This document shows positions 9,603-18,671 of a stretch of DNA of 18,780 nucleotides, in pieces. Source of the stretch: a virus; UHGV virus genome UHGV-1706803. One strand, written 5' to 3'. The position numbers and the translations under genes are program-made. The notes below the pieces were generated by a model. The model did not search any database. It was not told the origin of the DNA and worked only from the letters and a program-made list of their open reading frames with translations. How positions within the stretch are numbered: the stretch's first letter is position 1; every line of letters starts with the position of its first letter.

Positions 9603-10241
9603 ATGGCAGACCCGTCACTTAATAAGCCTGTCGTGGTTCAGGCTACACGCATTGATGCATCTATTCTCCCTCGCAACATATTCAGTCAGTCTTACCTTCT
9701 GTATGTCATAAATCAGGGTACTGATGTTGGCTCCATTGCAGAAAAGGCAAATCAGGCAGGAGGCGGTGCTTATGTTGCGCAGGTCAGAAATGATGAGCAG
9801 GATTTAATTCTTGATGAGCACGAAAAAAGAATTGCAAAAACAGAAGAGGATATTTCAGGAATAAAAGTAAAGCTTCTTGAAATAGAGAATGATGTTAATG
9901 GCCTGAAAATAAAAGTTCAGGATATCGACGGTAAGGTATCAGATATAATCGTTGATTATGTTTCACTCAGCAGAACAGGAACTCAAACTCTTGCCTCATC
10001 CATTAACGTATCAGGAAGTTATTTTGTTAACGGTGCAAAAGTTGTTGGCGCTCGCCAGACTGGATGGACCGCGGCAACAGGTACGGCGAATAAAGGCGCA
10101 TTCAATGCTGACCTGACATTCACCGTTAGCGATACTTACACGCAATCTGAAATCCAGGCTATAGCCAATGCTCTAATTGCTGAGCGTCGGCGCACTAAGG
10201 CTTTGGAAGACGCCTTGCGTGCACATGGGCTGATTGATTAA
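9603..10241 (+). CDS. 26: Tail needle / cell-puncturing protein (P22 gp26-like), 212 aa, with a shortened central coiled coil
   Basis: N-terminus [25 protein letters not shown] and C-terminus ...[27 protein letters not shown] match P22 gp26 as recalled. The central heptad-repeat segment is AT-rich and the protein is about 21 aa shorter than P22 gp26 (233 aa). Confidence 0.9.
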   Translation: MADPSLNKPVVVQATRIDASILPRNIFSQSYLLYVINQGTDVGSIAEKANQAGGGAYVAQVRNDEQDLILDEHEKRIAKTEEDISGIKVKLLEIENDVNGLKIKVQDIDGKVSDIIVDYVSLSRTGTQTLASSINVSGSYFVNGAKVVGARQTGWTAATGTANKGAFNADLTFTVSDTYTQSEIQAIANALIAERRRTKALEDALRAHGLID

Positions 10242-10696
10242 TGATTACATTCATTCCAACACGAAACATCGACCTGATAGAAACTGTCGGCAACCATCCC
10301 GACATCATCGCCGGGAGCAACAACGGTGATGGATACGACTACAAATCTGAATGCCGTTACTTTGAGGTTAACGTGCACGGTCAGTTTGGCGGCATTGTTT
10401 ACTATCAGGAAATTCAGCCGCTTACATTCGATTGCCACGCAATGTACCTGCCAGAGATTCGCGGCTTCAGCAAGGAAATCGGGCTGGCGTTCTGGCGATA
10501 CATTCTGACTAACACCACCGTTCAGTGCGTCACATCGTTCGCCGCACGCAAATTCCGCCACGGGCAGATTTACTGCGCAATGATTGGCCTTAAGCGTGTC
10601 GGAACCATCAAGAAATACTTTAAAGGCGTGGATGACGTGACTTTTTACAGCGCCACACGCGAAGAACTAATCGACTTCCTGAATCACGGGAGATAG
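10241..10696 (+). CDS. 14: gp14-like virion / ejection-associated protein, 151 aa
   Basis: Called by position between gp26 and gp7; ATG overlaps the gp26 stop (TAATG). I do not recognise the sequence itself. Confidence 0.65.
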   Translation: MITFIPTRNIDLIETVGNHPDIIAGSNNGDGYDYKSECRYFEVNVHGQFGGIVYYQEIQPLTFDCHAMYLPEIRGFSKEIGLAFWRYILTNTTVQCVTSFAARKFRHGQIYCAMIGLKRVGTIKKYFKGVDDVTFYSATREELIDFLNHGR

Positions 10697-10698
10697 CC

Positions 10699-11391
10699 AT
10701 GTTATATGCATTTAAGCTGGGCAGAAAACTGCGCGGCGAGGAACCTTGGTGCCCTGAAAAAGGCGGGAAAGGTGGCAGCTCTGATAAAAGCGCAAAGTAT
10801 GCAGCAGAAGCTCAGAAGTATGCCGCAGACCTGCAAAATCAGCAGTGGCAGACGATCATGAAAAACCTTGCTCCTTTCACGCCGCTTGCGGAGCAGTATG
10901 TTAACCAGCTTCAGAATCTTTCCAGTTTAGAAGGACAGGGTCAGGCACTTAATCAGTATTACAACTCTCAGCAGTATAAAGACCTTGCAGGTCAGGCGCG
11001 TTACCAGAGTCTTGCTGCTGCGGAGGCGACGGGTGGACTTGGTTCGACAGCCACAAGCAATCAACTGGCTACGATCGCGCCGACACTCGGTCAGTCTTGG
11101 TTATCAAATCAGATGAGCAACTACAACAATCTGGCAAACGTTGGGCTTGGTGCGCTGCAAGGTCAGGCAAACGCCGGGCAGACGTACGCCAACAACATGA
11201 GCAGCATTGCACAGCAAAGCGCAGCACTTGCCGCTGCTAATGCCAATAAACCATCAAGTCTTCAGACTGCAATTAGCGGCGGCACGTCTGGTGCGATTGC
11301 CGGTGCAGGTCTTGCCAGCCTTTTGGGAACATCAACGCCTTGGGGCGCTGGCATTGGTGCTGGTATCGGATTGCTTGGCTCGTTGTTTTAA
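10699..11391 (+). CDS. 7: Ejection (injection) protein gp7-like, 230 aa
   Basis: Position and size (P22 gp7 about 229 aa); Q/N/A-rich with a glycine-zipper hydrophobic C-terminus (GAIAGAGLASLLG...GAGIGAGIGLLGSLF). Confidence 0.85.
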   Translation: MLYAFKLGRKLRGEEPWCPEKGGKGGSSDKSAKYAAEAQKYAADLQNQQWQTIMKNLAPFTPLAEQYVNQLQNLSSLEGQGQALNQYYNSQQYKDLAGQARYQSLAAAEATGGLGSTATSNQLATIAPTLGQSWLSNQMSNYNNLANVGLGALQGQANAGQTYANNMSSIAQQSAALAAANANKPSSLQTAISGGTSGAIAGAGLASLLGTSTPWGAGIGAGIGLLGSLF

Positions 11392-11400
11392 GGGGTAATC

Positions 11401-12789
11401 ATGGCTACTTGGCAAGGAACAAACGGCGGATTGTTGGCTGGTATCGGCGGCGTCAACTCAAACGCTCCGAGCGTAAATGACATCGGCAATACGCTTCAGC
11501 TTATCAGGCAGAACAATGATATTGAGCGTTCAGGCGCTAACAATGTTGGGCTGACTGCTTTGCAAGGCCTTTCAGGTATTGCGGGGGTGTTTCAGCAGGA
11601 AAAGCAGGCTCAGCGGCAGAAAGAATTTCAGCAGGCATACGCTAATGCTTATGCGTCTGGTGATCGCGGTGCTTTGCGTCAGTTGGCTACTCAATATCCA
11701 GACCAGATTGAATCCGTTCGTAAAGGCATGGGATTCATTGATGAAGACCAGCGTAATTCTATCGGCACCTTAGCGGCTGGCGCACGCCTTGCGTCATCGT
11801 CTCCAGAAGCAATGCAATCATGGCTGCAAAACAACGCCAAGGAACTGACTCGCGTCGGTGTTTACCCTAACAGCGTTGCTCAGATGTATCAGCAGAATCC
11901 TTCAGGATTTGGTGAGTTTGTTGATCACCTTGGGATGGCTGCTCTTGGTCCGATTGATTACTTCAATGTTCAGGACAAGATGGCTGGTCGTGAAATTGAC
12001 CGAGGCAGGCTGGCAGAGACAATCCGCAGCAATCAGGCTGGCGAGGCACTAACAGCACGAGGTCAGAACATCACGATGCGCGGTCAGGACTTATCTGCTT
12101 CTACTGCGCGACGAGGTCAGGATTTGGCAATGCAGCGAGCGTCAACAAGACGAATCGCTGGGAATGATGAGCGTACAGTTCAGTTATCAGATGGCAGAAC
12201 TGTAACGGTAGGCGGGAAGCTTCACGGCGCTGGAGCTAATGCGTTCTACGAAGGCATCGACAACGAGGGGAATATGGTTCGCGTTCCTGCCAGTTCAATC
12301 GCAGCGCCTGCAACATCGTCTGCATCAGCACAAAACTATGCCATGAAGAAGGATATCGACGCGATCGCAAATGCAGACGCTTCTGCTCTCGATTTCATGA
12401 CAGGAATGACAGGCGGTGCAGGTAATCCAGCAATTGGTGCTGATGTTCGCAGCCGATTAACAGGAAAAGAGCAGCGCCAGTTATATAACTCAGCACAACG
12501 TATTCAGGGCAGAATGCAGAATCAGGGTGTGGCGGCAGCAAGGGACATGGGTGCCAGTGGTATTAACACCGTTGCAGAAGCGAAGATGTATTTTCAGGGG
12601 ATGCCGCAGGTTGACTATTCAAGCCCGGAGGCTATGCAGCAGTCGATTCGTGAGATTCAGGAATACACCAACAATTACAACCAACAATATAACGTTAATG
12701 TTGGTAAATCTCAGCGGCAGCAATCTCAACCTGCACAGGTATCACAGCCAGCAGCCAGCAGTAACTTTTCTTCACTATGGGGTGATTAA
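11401..12789 (+). CDS. 20: Ejection protein gp20-like, 462 aa
   Basis: Position and size (P22 gp20 about 471 aa); low-complexity Q/A/G-rich composition. Confidence 0.85.
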   Translation: MATWQGTNGGLLAGIGGVNSNAPSVNDIGNTLQLIRQNNDIERSGANNVGLTALQGLSGIAGVFQQEKQAQRQKEFQQAYANAYASGDRGALRQLATQYPDQIESVRKGMGFIDEDQRNSIGTLAAGARLASSSPEAMQSWLQNNAKELTRVGVYPNSVAQMYQQNPSGFGEFVDHLGMAALGPIDYFNVQDKMAGREIDRGRLAETIRSNQAGEALTARGQNITMRGQDLSASTARRGQDLAMQRASTRRIAGNDERTVQLSDGRTVTVGGKLHGAGANAFYEGIDNEGNMVRVPASSIAAPATSSASAQNYAMKKDIDAIANADASALDFMTGMTGGAGNPAIGADVRSRLTGKEQRQLYNSAQRIQGRMQNQGVAAARDMGASGINTVAEAKMYFQGMPQVDYSSPEAMQQSIREIQEYTNNYNQQYNVNVGKSQRQQSQPAQVSQPAASSNFSSLWGD

Positions 12790-14786
12790 TGGCTAAAGCA
12801 TGGAAAGATGTTATCGCCTCCCCACAGTATCAGGCGTTAGCACCAGAACAAAAAGCGCAGGCTCAGGAGCAATACTTCAATGAAGTCGTGGCCCCGCAAG
12901 CCGGAGAAAATGCAGAGCAGGCTAAGCAAGCTTTCTATGCTGCCTATCCATTGCCATCTGTGCAGCCAGTGGAGACACAACAACCAGTAGCACAGCAACA
13001 ACCACAGCAAAGTGGATTTATGTCTGATCTTGGTGAAGCAGTAAAAGAGACTGGTCGTGGACTGGTGCAGGCTGGCGTGAACGTGGCAAACATACCTGCA
13101 TCAGTTGCCGATGCTGTAACAAGCGCGGCGGCTTGGGCTGGCGGTAAACTCGGCATCGGCGATGGTACATATCAACCAGCACCACGAGTAACAACGCAGG
13201 GATTAGAGCAGGACTTTGGCCTTCAGCAAGGTGCGCTGACTCCACAAACGACAGAGGGAAGGGTATTTGCTGAAGCATTGCCTTACCTCACTCCTGCTGG
13301 CGTTGAGAGAGCGGCGGTACAGGCACCAACACTTGCTGGTCGAATTGCTCAGGGGGCAACTCGCCTTCTAGCAGAAAACGCAGTTGGATCACTTGCTGCA
13401 AATAGTGCGAAAGATGATGCGGAAGCACTCGCCACCGATTTAGGCGTTGGTGTACTTGCTGGCGGTGCTATTAACGCTGCCGGGCGTGGATTAGGTGCTG
13501 CTTATCGTGGCGTTCGTGGTGCTATTGCGCCAGAAGCGCAGCAGGCTATCAGATTTGCAGAGCGTGAAGGTGTTCCTCTGCACACCACAGACCTGTTACA
13601 ACCCACTTCCCGCGTCGGAAAAATGGCGCAAACGACAGCAGAAAATATCCCCCTGGCTGGCACAAGCGGAATGAGAGCAACGCAACAGGAAGCGAGAAGC
13701 CAGTTGGTGCAGAGATTTGCTGATAAATTCGGTGAGTATGATCCAGCGGTTGTTATTGACAGCCTTAAAGCGAAAACATCAGGAATTCGTCGCGCTGCAG
13801 GAAATCGACTGGAGCAGGTTCAGAATGCTATGGCGGGAATAAACATTCAGCCTGCAAGAGCAATTCAGCAGATTGATACAGAAATATCTAACCTGCAGAA
13901 GCTTGGTAAGGTTGCTGATAACGAGACTATTTCAAAACTTCAGTCCTATCGTGATGAGCTTGTTCGCAATGCTGGTCCTGATGGTCCGGTCAATCTGGAT
14001 TTGAAGCAATTAAGCGATCTGCGCAGCCAGTTCAGAATGGACGTGAAGGGTGAGCGACCAGTGTTACCAAACCGTTCCGATGCTGCCATTCAGCGAGTTT
14101 ACAAGGCGATGACCGACGATATCAATGGTGCCATTGGTCAGAATCTTGGCAATGATACTCTTCGTAAATATCAGCAGGCCAATGCCGTCTACGCTGACGA
14201 AGCGGCGAAACTAAAGAATACCAGGCTGAAGAATGTTCTCATGAAAGGCGACCTGACGCCGGAAGTTGTCAACAACATGCTATTCAGCAAGAACAAATCG
14301 GAAATTAAGACTCTGTATAACTCAGTTGGTCGTGTTGGCAGGGCGCAAATGCGCAATGGCATCATTGGAAAGGCGATGGAGAAATCAGGTGGTTCCCCTG
14401 ACCAGTTCCTTCGGCAGCTTAATATCCTGCAAAACCAGACTGGCATCACATTTAAAGGTCAGGAAGCCGCTTATCTGAAAGGATTGAAAAACTACCTGCA
14501 ATCCACGCAGCAGGCTGCAAAAGCGGCAGTAACAACACCAACAGGGCAGCAAACCATCCCGTTCATTATCGGGTATGGGACGGCAATGAACCCGGCGACA
14601 ACTGGCGCAGCGGTAAGCTACGGACTTCTTACTCGCGCCTATGAGAGCGAGCCATTCAGAAATGCAATGCTCCGAATGGCAAACACCCCACGCGGATCAA
14701 CAGCGTTTGAGAAAGCCATGCAGCAGGCGCAAAAGGCCATTAACGCCCTGACTCAAGGTGCCAAGTCTGATGCGTTGTCAGAATAG
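12789..14786 (+). CDS. 16: Ejection protein gp16-like, 665 aa
   Basis: Position; start overlaps the gp20 stop (TAATG). Longer than P22 gp16 (about 609 aa as recalled), with a Q-rich N-terminal segment. Confidence 0.85.
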   Translation: MAKAWKDVIASPQYQALAPEQKAQAQEQYFNEVVAPQAGENAEQAKQAFYAAYPLPSVQPVETQQPVAQQQPQQSGFMSDLGEAVKETGRGLVQAGVNVANIPASVADAVTSAAAWAGGKLGIGDGTYQPAPRVTTQGLEQDFGLQQGALTPQTTEGRVFAEALPYLTPAGVERAAVQAPTLAGRIAQGATRLLAENAVGSLAANSAKDDAEALATDLGVGVLAGGAINAAGRGLGAAYRGVRGAIAPEAQQAIRFAEREGVPLHTTDLLQPTSRVGKMAQTTAENIPLAGTSGMRATQQEARSQLVQRFADKFGEYDPAVVIDSLKAKTSGIRRAAGNRLEQVQNAMAGINIQPARAIQQIDTEISNLQKLGKVADNETISKLQSYRDELVRNAGPDGPVNLDLKQLSDLRSQFRMDVKGERPVLPNRSDAAIQRVYKAMTDDINGAIGQNLGNDTLRKYQQANAVYADEAAKLKNTRLKNVLMKGDLTPEVVNNMLFSKNKSEIKTLYNSVGRVGRAQMRNGIIGKAMEKSGGSPDQFLRQLNILQNQTGITFKGQEAAYLKGLKNYLQSTQQAAKAAVTTPTGQQTIPFIIGYGTAMNPATTGAAVSYGLLTRAYESEPFRNAMLRMANTPRGSTAFEKAMQQAQKAINALTQGAKSDALSE

Positions 14787-14875
14787 CTTCGCAAACACCA
14801 GGAACGTGCAAAAACCAAATATGTAGAACGCAATATTCAGCATATCTCTTTGCATAAATCCTCCGTAACTGATAG

Positions 14876-15136
14876 TTAGCTGCTGTCTTTTTTATATAGC
14901 TCTTTGAGCGTATCAAAGACAATTTTCTTAACCATATCAGATTGTTGTTCTGCCATACGCTCTGCATCGTCAATGTAAACTGATGCAGAGCTTTGTTTAG
15001 CCAATTATTCTTCAATCGCTGCAATTATCTCTGAGTTCAGAGACCTGTTATTCATCTTCGCACGCTGTTTAATTTTCGCGTGGAGTTCATGCGGAAGTCT
15101 TAAGTGAAACTGCGCCTCGTCGTATTTGCTGTACAT
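14876..15136 (-). pseudogene. mnt: Mnt-like ribbon-helix-helix repressor gene interrupted by an in-frame TAA (43-codon N-terminal RHH, then stop, then 42 in-frame codons matching the Mnt C-terminal domain)
   Basis: Minus-strand translation from ATG at 15136: MYSKYDEAQFHLRLPHELHAKIKQRAKMNNRSLNSEIIAAIEE, then TAA (15005-15007), then LAKQSSASVYIDDAERMAEQQSDMVKKIVFDTLKELYKKDSS and a final stop at 14876-14878. The N-terminus carries the Arc/Mnt signature (QF.LR.P ... NGRS.NSE) and the C-terminus closely resembles P22 Mnt (...AERLADEQSELVKKMVFDTLKDLYKKTT, recalled). GAGG lies 8 nt upstream of the ATG. Confidence 0.75.
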
Positions 15137-15209
15137 CCTTGATGCCTCACCAGTTGGGTGGAATGGCATCGTAACCTACTGGATAAATACTCAATAGTAC
15201 CATTTCGGT

Positions 15210-15232
15210 ATGCAATCACATCATGGTTGCAT
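15210..15232. promoter_or_regulatory. Candidate operator: inverted repeat ATGCAA-N11-TTGCAT in the mnt-tailspike intergenic region
   Basis: 6-bp perfect inverted arms read from the sequence, about 26 bp upstream of the tailspike start and inside the 121-bp divergent region. Assignment as an Mnt operator is inference only. Confidence 0.25.
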
Positions 15233-15257
15233 CATATCATTCGTCTGGAGCAATGAA

Positions 15258-17120
15258 ATGTCAGATATCACCGCAAATGTTGTGGTAAGCATGCCTTCGC
15301 AACTCTTCACTATGGCTCGTTCTTTTAAAGCCGTAGCCAATGGCAAAATTTATATCGGTAAAATTGACACTGACCCGGTAAATCCTGAAAACCAGATTCA
15401 GGTTTATGTAGAGAACGAAGACGGCTCTCACGTTCCTGTATCGCAACCAATCATCATTAACGCTGCTGGATATCCGGTATATAACGGACAGATTGCCAAG
15501 TTCGTAACTGTACAGGGCCATTCTATGGCTGTTTATGATGCGTATGGTGCACAGCAGTTTTATTTTCCTAATGTGCTGAAGTATGACCCAGATCAACTCG
15601 AACAGCGACTTTCGTCAAATACTGGCGCATCTTTGATAGGAACCGAATCAGGAAAAACAGTCCAGGAAGAGATAGATAATATCAAGAATGAGGGTTTATT
15701 TACCGAATTTGATAATTTTTCTGACGCAAAGGCGGCGGAGATACAAAACAGAACAATTAGTATAAAATTCAAGTATGGGACAATTAATTATATTAGAAAT
15801 AATACTACAGGGACGGCATCAAGCGGAGACGCTTATGAATTCTTTGATGCCAGTGGTAACGGTTATATCATAGACGAAAAGCAACTAACGAAAAACACAT
15901 CTGGATTGATAAGTCACACGGAGATTTGGGCAGGAGAGGATCTTGATCCAACATATCTTAATAAGGCAAAAGACCTTGGTATAAGTACTTTTGTTGCGTA
16001 TACGTGGAAAGGTAATGCGTACTCATATCATGAGCACTTCCTTGATTTATGTCAGTTATACGGCATTGACGTTATTTTGCAGGCGGTTCCTAATCAACAA
16101 TACACGACAGATCTTGATGCGGATTTTTCATGGCTATCTTCGCTATTTACCCACCCGGCAGTTATTGGTCTATATCTGCTAGATGAACCTGATTTAACAC
16201 TCTACCCGTTAACCCGTCAGGGACAGATCATAGACAAGGCACGCACAATTTCGACATTGCCCCTTTATGCTGCAACTAATGCAGAAGCCAATGGAGAGGC
16301 ATTGCCTCTTCATATGAATTTTGATTACATATTTGCGTCGAACTATGGTCACTTTATCGGTGGTATTGGTATACGAAGATATTCTGCAACAACATGGGCC
16401 TCATTTGAAGAGGAGGGCTTAAGGAAGGGGCGGGTTATTCCACTTTTAACTGCATACTGGTATGAGAACGAAACTCCAACATTAAATACGGCACAGATCA
16501 GAGACGTAAACGATTATTTATCCAGGTCATATAGCAGGCTTGGCATGTGGCAGTTTTGGGGTAATAGAAGTGTAGAAGATGGATATCACTATATTGAAAA
16601 TGATGCTCAGATTTACGATTTGGTTAAAAGCTCTATCGCGTTACGGAAAGGTTTGGTGAAAAAGCCGTCCTTAGTAAGGACTTTTTTTAGAGCCGCATCA
16701 TTACCAGCAAATTGCTACAAGTATCTAACCAAACCAGCGTATCCAGCTAACATCCCTTGGTTAGACCCCTCATCCGCATCAACATGGAATGAGGCGGCGG
16801 TTCTGCGCATCAAGGCTGGAGAGAGATTTGTTGTAAACTTTGGCTCTCCAGTTAAATTAGAGTCAGTAGTTATGACGTTAAAGGACAATAACGGATTGTC
16901 TAATACTGCAACGTTAGCTCTCATCTATAACCCTCTTGTTAGTGGGGGCCAGCAGCATGCAACAACAAAAACCTTAACTGGCGGCGGGGCGCTTGAGTGG
17001 ATTTTCCCTGGAGATGGAACCCCTTCGCACTTGGTCACTACCATTGGGATAAAATGCCTTCGTAGCACAGGAACAGACTACCTCATTGTTGAGCGACTGG
17101 GCTTTGCAATTACGGGCTAA
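15258..17120 (+). CDS. 9: Tailspike protein: P22 gp9-like N-terminal head-binding domain fused to a divergent receptor-binding / putative glycanase domain, 620 aa
   Basis: ATG at 15258 with GGAG 7 nt upstream. The N-terminal 115 aa or so ([59 protein letters not shown]...NVLKYDPDQ) are the conserved P22-family head-binding domain. The remainder is AT-rich and unlike the P22 beta-helix; it includes an LLDEPD motif and alternating hydrophobic strand/helix patterns suggestive of a TIM-barrel hydrolase. Confidence 0.85.
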   Translation: MSDITANVVVSMPSQLFTMARSFKAVANGKIYIGKIDTDPVNPENQIQVYVENEDGSHVPVSQPIIINAAGYPVYNGQIAKFVTVQGHSMAVYDAYGAQQFYFPNVLKYDPDQLEQRLSSNTGASLIGTESGKTVQEEIDNIKNEGLFTEFDNFSDAKAAEIQNRTISIKFKYGTINYIRNNTTGTASSGDAYEFFDASGNGYIIDEKQLTKNTSGLISHTEIWAGEDLDPTYLNKAKDLGISTFVAYTWKGNAYSYHEHFLDLCQLYGIDVILQAVPNQQYTTDLDADFSWLSSLFTHPAVIGLYLLDEPDLTLYPLTRQGQIIDKARTISTLPLYAATNAEANGEALPLHMNFDYIFASNYGHFIGGIGIRRYSATTWASFEEEGLRKGRVIPLLTAYWYENETPTLNTAQIRDVNDYLSRSYSRLGMWQFWGNRSVEDGYHYIENDAQIYDLVKSSIALRKGLVKKPSLVRTFFRAASLPANCYKYLTKPAYPANIPWLDPSSASTWNEAAVLRIKAGERFVVNFGSPVKLESVVMTLKDNNGLSNTATLALIYNPLVSGGQQHATTKTLTGGGALEWIFPGDGTPSHLVTTIGIKCLRSTGTDYLIVERLGFAITG

Positions 17121-17132
17121 GTTAATGTATAT

Positions 17133-17150
17133 GCGGAAATGGATTTCCGC
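17133..17150 (+). terminator. Stem-loop immediately downstream of the tailspike (GCGGAAA-TGGA-TTTCCGC); possible terminator or binding site
   Basis: 7-8 bp perfect inverted repeat 13 nt after the tailspike stop. No clear U-tract follows, so terminator function is uncertain. Confidence 0.35.
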
Positions 17151-17158
17151 ACAAACGT

Positions 17159-17187
17159 TTGATAACAGCTCTCTTTATGGTTAACAT
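17159..17187 (+). promoter_or_regulatory. Candidate sigma70 promoter for the acyltransferase gene (TTGATA-N17-TAACAT)
   Basis: -35 and -10 like hexamers with 17-nt spacing, read from the sequence, about 35 nt upstream of the ATG at 17222. Confidence 0.3.
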
Positions 17188-17221
17188 TGGTGACATTACT
17201 AATTAATGTTAAATTATATAC

Positions 17222-18262
17222 ATGAAAAACAGAAACATACAGATGCTGAGAGGGGTTTCTATAATCCTCGTCCTCATTGCTCATGCAGATACAGTGTATT
17301 GGGAAGAATTGAAAAGTATAAAAAAATATATAGACCCAACCATTGGTGTGGATTTGTTTTTTATAATTTCTGGTTATCTAATGGGGGCAACCTTCATCAG
17401 AAAGGTATTATTTGACATTAACCTTAAACACACCATTTCATTTTATATCAAAAGGCTAAACAGGCTTTTCGTTCCGTGCCTATTCTGGTCTTTCATTGTA
17501 TTTGCTCTATTTGACTACTGGCACCTTGCCGGTTTTATAAAAACGCAAGAACAGGCTTTTAAGATATTTATATCTTCAGCGACATTTACTGGTAATATAT
17601 ATAATAGCATCAAGCCTAGTGGCTTCGGGTACTTCTGGTCATTAGGTGTTGAGTTCCAGTTTTATCTAATACTTCCGCTTATTCTATTAATATGCAAAGA
17701 CATGAAGTCATTAATTATCCTGCTTGTCATAATGCTTGGCTTCTACACCTGTGTTTTGAGTTTATTCCCTGAGTCATGGCAATACAGAGCAAATGCACTT
17801 TATATCGGACTTTTGATTTGGTGCGTTACTCAGAGTGAAGGCTATCACGAAATCAAGAAATCTATAAATAATAACGGATGTGTATATATTTGTTTTATCG
17901 TCGGCGCACTCATTCTTGCTGCCTTATGCTTATCCCCTGCATTATATAAAGTGCACGGAGTTAGCTTTACGGCTATATCTATTTTATTGGGATTGGCCTT
18001 CTTTATTTGTGTATGCATGGACAAACCAATAGCTGCATTTATATCAAAACCAATTGAGTTTATTGGTGATATATCTTTTTCCTTATACCTGTGCAACATT
18101 CCTGTTTATATTTTTGTGTCGAGAGAAATGTTTACGCGCGGAATGGGAAAGCCGGAAACTATGATTGTTTCTGTCGTATTAAGTATTGCGGTTGCAACTG
18201 CAAGCCGTTACACATTAGAAAAAATAGATTTTATAAAGTTAAATAAAAATCTAGTTAGGTGA
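17222..18262 (+). CDS. Integral-membrane acyltransferase family 3 protein, probable O-antigen O-acetyltransferase (Oac/OafA-like lysogenic conversion gene), 346 aa
   Basis: N-terminal MLRGVSIILVLIAHA and GVDLFFIISGYLMG motifs are characteristic of the acyltransferase_3 family; multiple hydrophobic helices; AT-rich composition; location downstream of the tailspike, as for oac in Sf6. Confidence 0.85.
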   Translation: MKNRNIQMLRGVSIILVLIAHADTVYWEELKSIKKYIDPTIGVDLFFIISGYLMGATFIRKVLFDINLKHTISFYIKRLNRLFVPCLFWSFIVFALFDYWHLAGFIKTQEQAFKIFISSATFTGNIYNSIKPSGFGYFWSLGVEFQFYLILPLILLICKDMKSLIILLVIMLGFYTCVLSLFPESWQYRANALYIGLLIWCVTQSEGYHEIKKSINNNGCVYICFIVGALILAALCLSPALYKVHGVSFTAISILLGLAFFICVCMDKPIAAFISKPIEFIGDISFSLYLCNIPVYIFVSREMFTRGMGKPETMIVSVVLSIAVATASRYTLEKIDFIKLNKNLVR

Positions 18263-18301
18263 AGGAAGAATTACCAGCAAGGAAACTAGTGATATGGGCA
18301 C

Positions 18302-18334
18302 TAGCGCAAGACTGACAGCTACGGTCTTGCGCTA
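18302..18334. repeat. Perfect 11-bp inverted repeat (TAGCGCAAGAC / GTCTTGCGCTA) with an 11-nt loop
   Basis: Read directly from the sequence, about 40 nt downstream of the acyltransferase stop. No U-tract follows. Confidence 0.5.
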
Positions 18335-18408
18335 ATCCCTCACACTATCTCATCAAGCCAGTCTGCCCACCACTGCATCATTTCTCTGCGCTTAATGTAG
18401 CGGATGCC

Positions 18409-18425
18409 TCACTATCACATAGTGA
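18409..18425. repeat. Palindrome TCACTAT-CAC-ATAGTGA
   Basis: 7-bp inverted arms read from the sequence. TCACTAT resembles the core of lambda-type Int arm-site consensus (recalled). Confidence 0.4.
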
Positions 18426-18651
18426 TGGTTCATTACTGCTTTGTAGAATGGATAGAGAACTGAGGATAAAAAGATATCCCAAAACCCAAAAATCTCATCT
18501 TTAGGATTTGCAGAAAGGGAGACGTGAACAGATACCTGCGCATGAAGACGGAACTAGTCCAGATGTGATATTTGTGGTGATCACATACATCATCAACGAT
18601 GCTCGTTATGGTGAGCTTGATGACTACCCGCTGAAGTGAAAATTGTGTTGT

Positions 18652-18671
18652 GTACCAAATTGCGTACCAAA
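18652..18671. repeat. Direct repeat GTACCAAA x2 with 12-bp periodicity
   Basis: gtaccaaattgcgtaccaaa read from the sequence, in the non-coding region at the 3' end of the window. Confidence 0.4.

Noticed and set aside
14740-15024. Minus-strand 94-aa ORF from the six-frame track, overlapping the mnt region.
   Set aside because: It is out of frame with the Mnt-like reading frame, which has clear RHH and Mnt C-terminal similarity. This ORF has no recognisable features and runs into the gp16 3' end.
15210-15257. N-terminal extension of the tailspike ORF ([16 protein letters not shown]).
   Set aside because: The conserved tailspike N-terminus begins at [10 protein letters not shown] (ATG 15258), which has a GGAG RBS. 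The upstream ATG lies inside the candidate operator or promoter.
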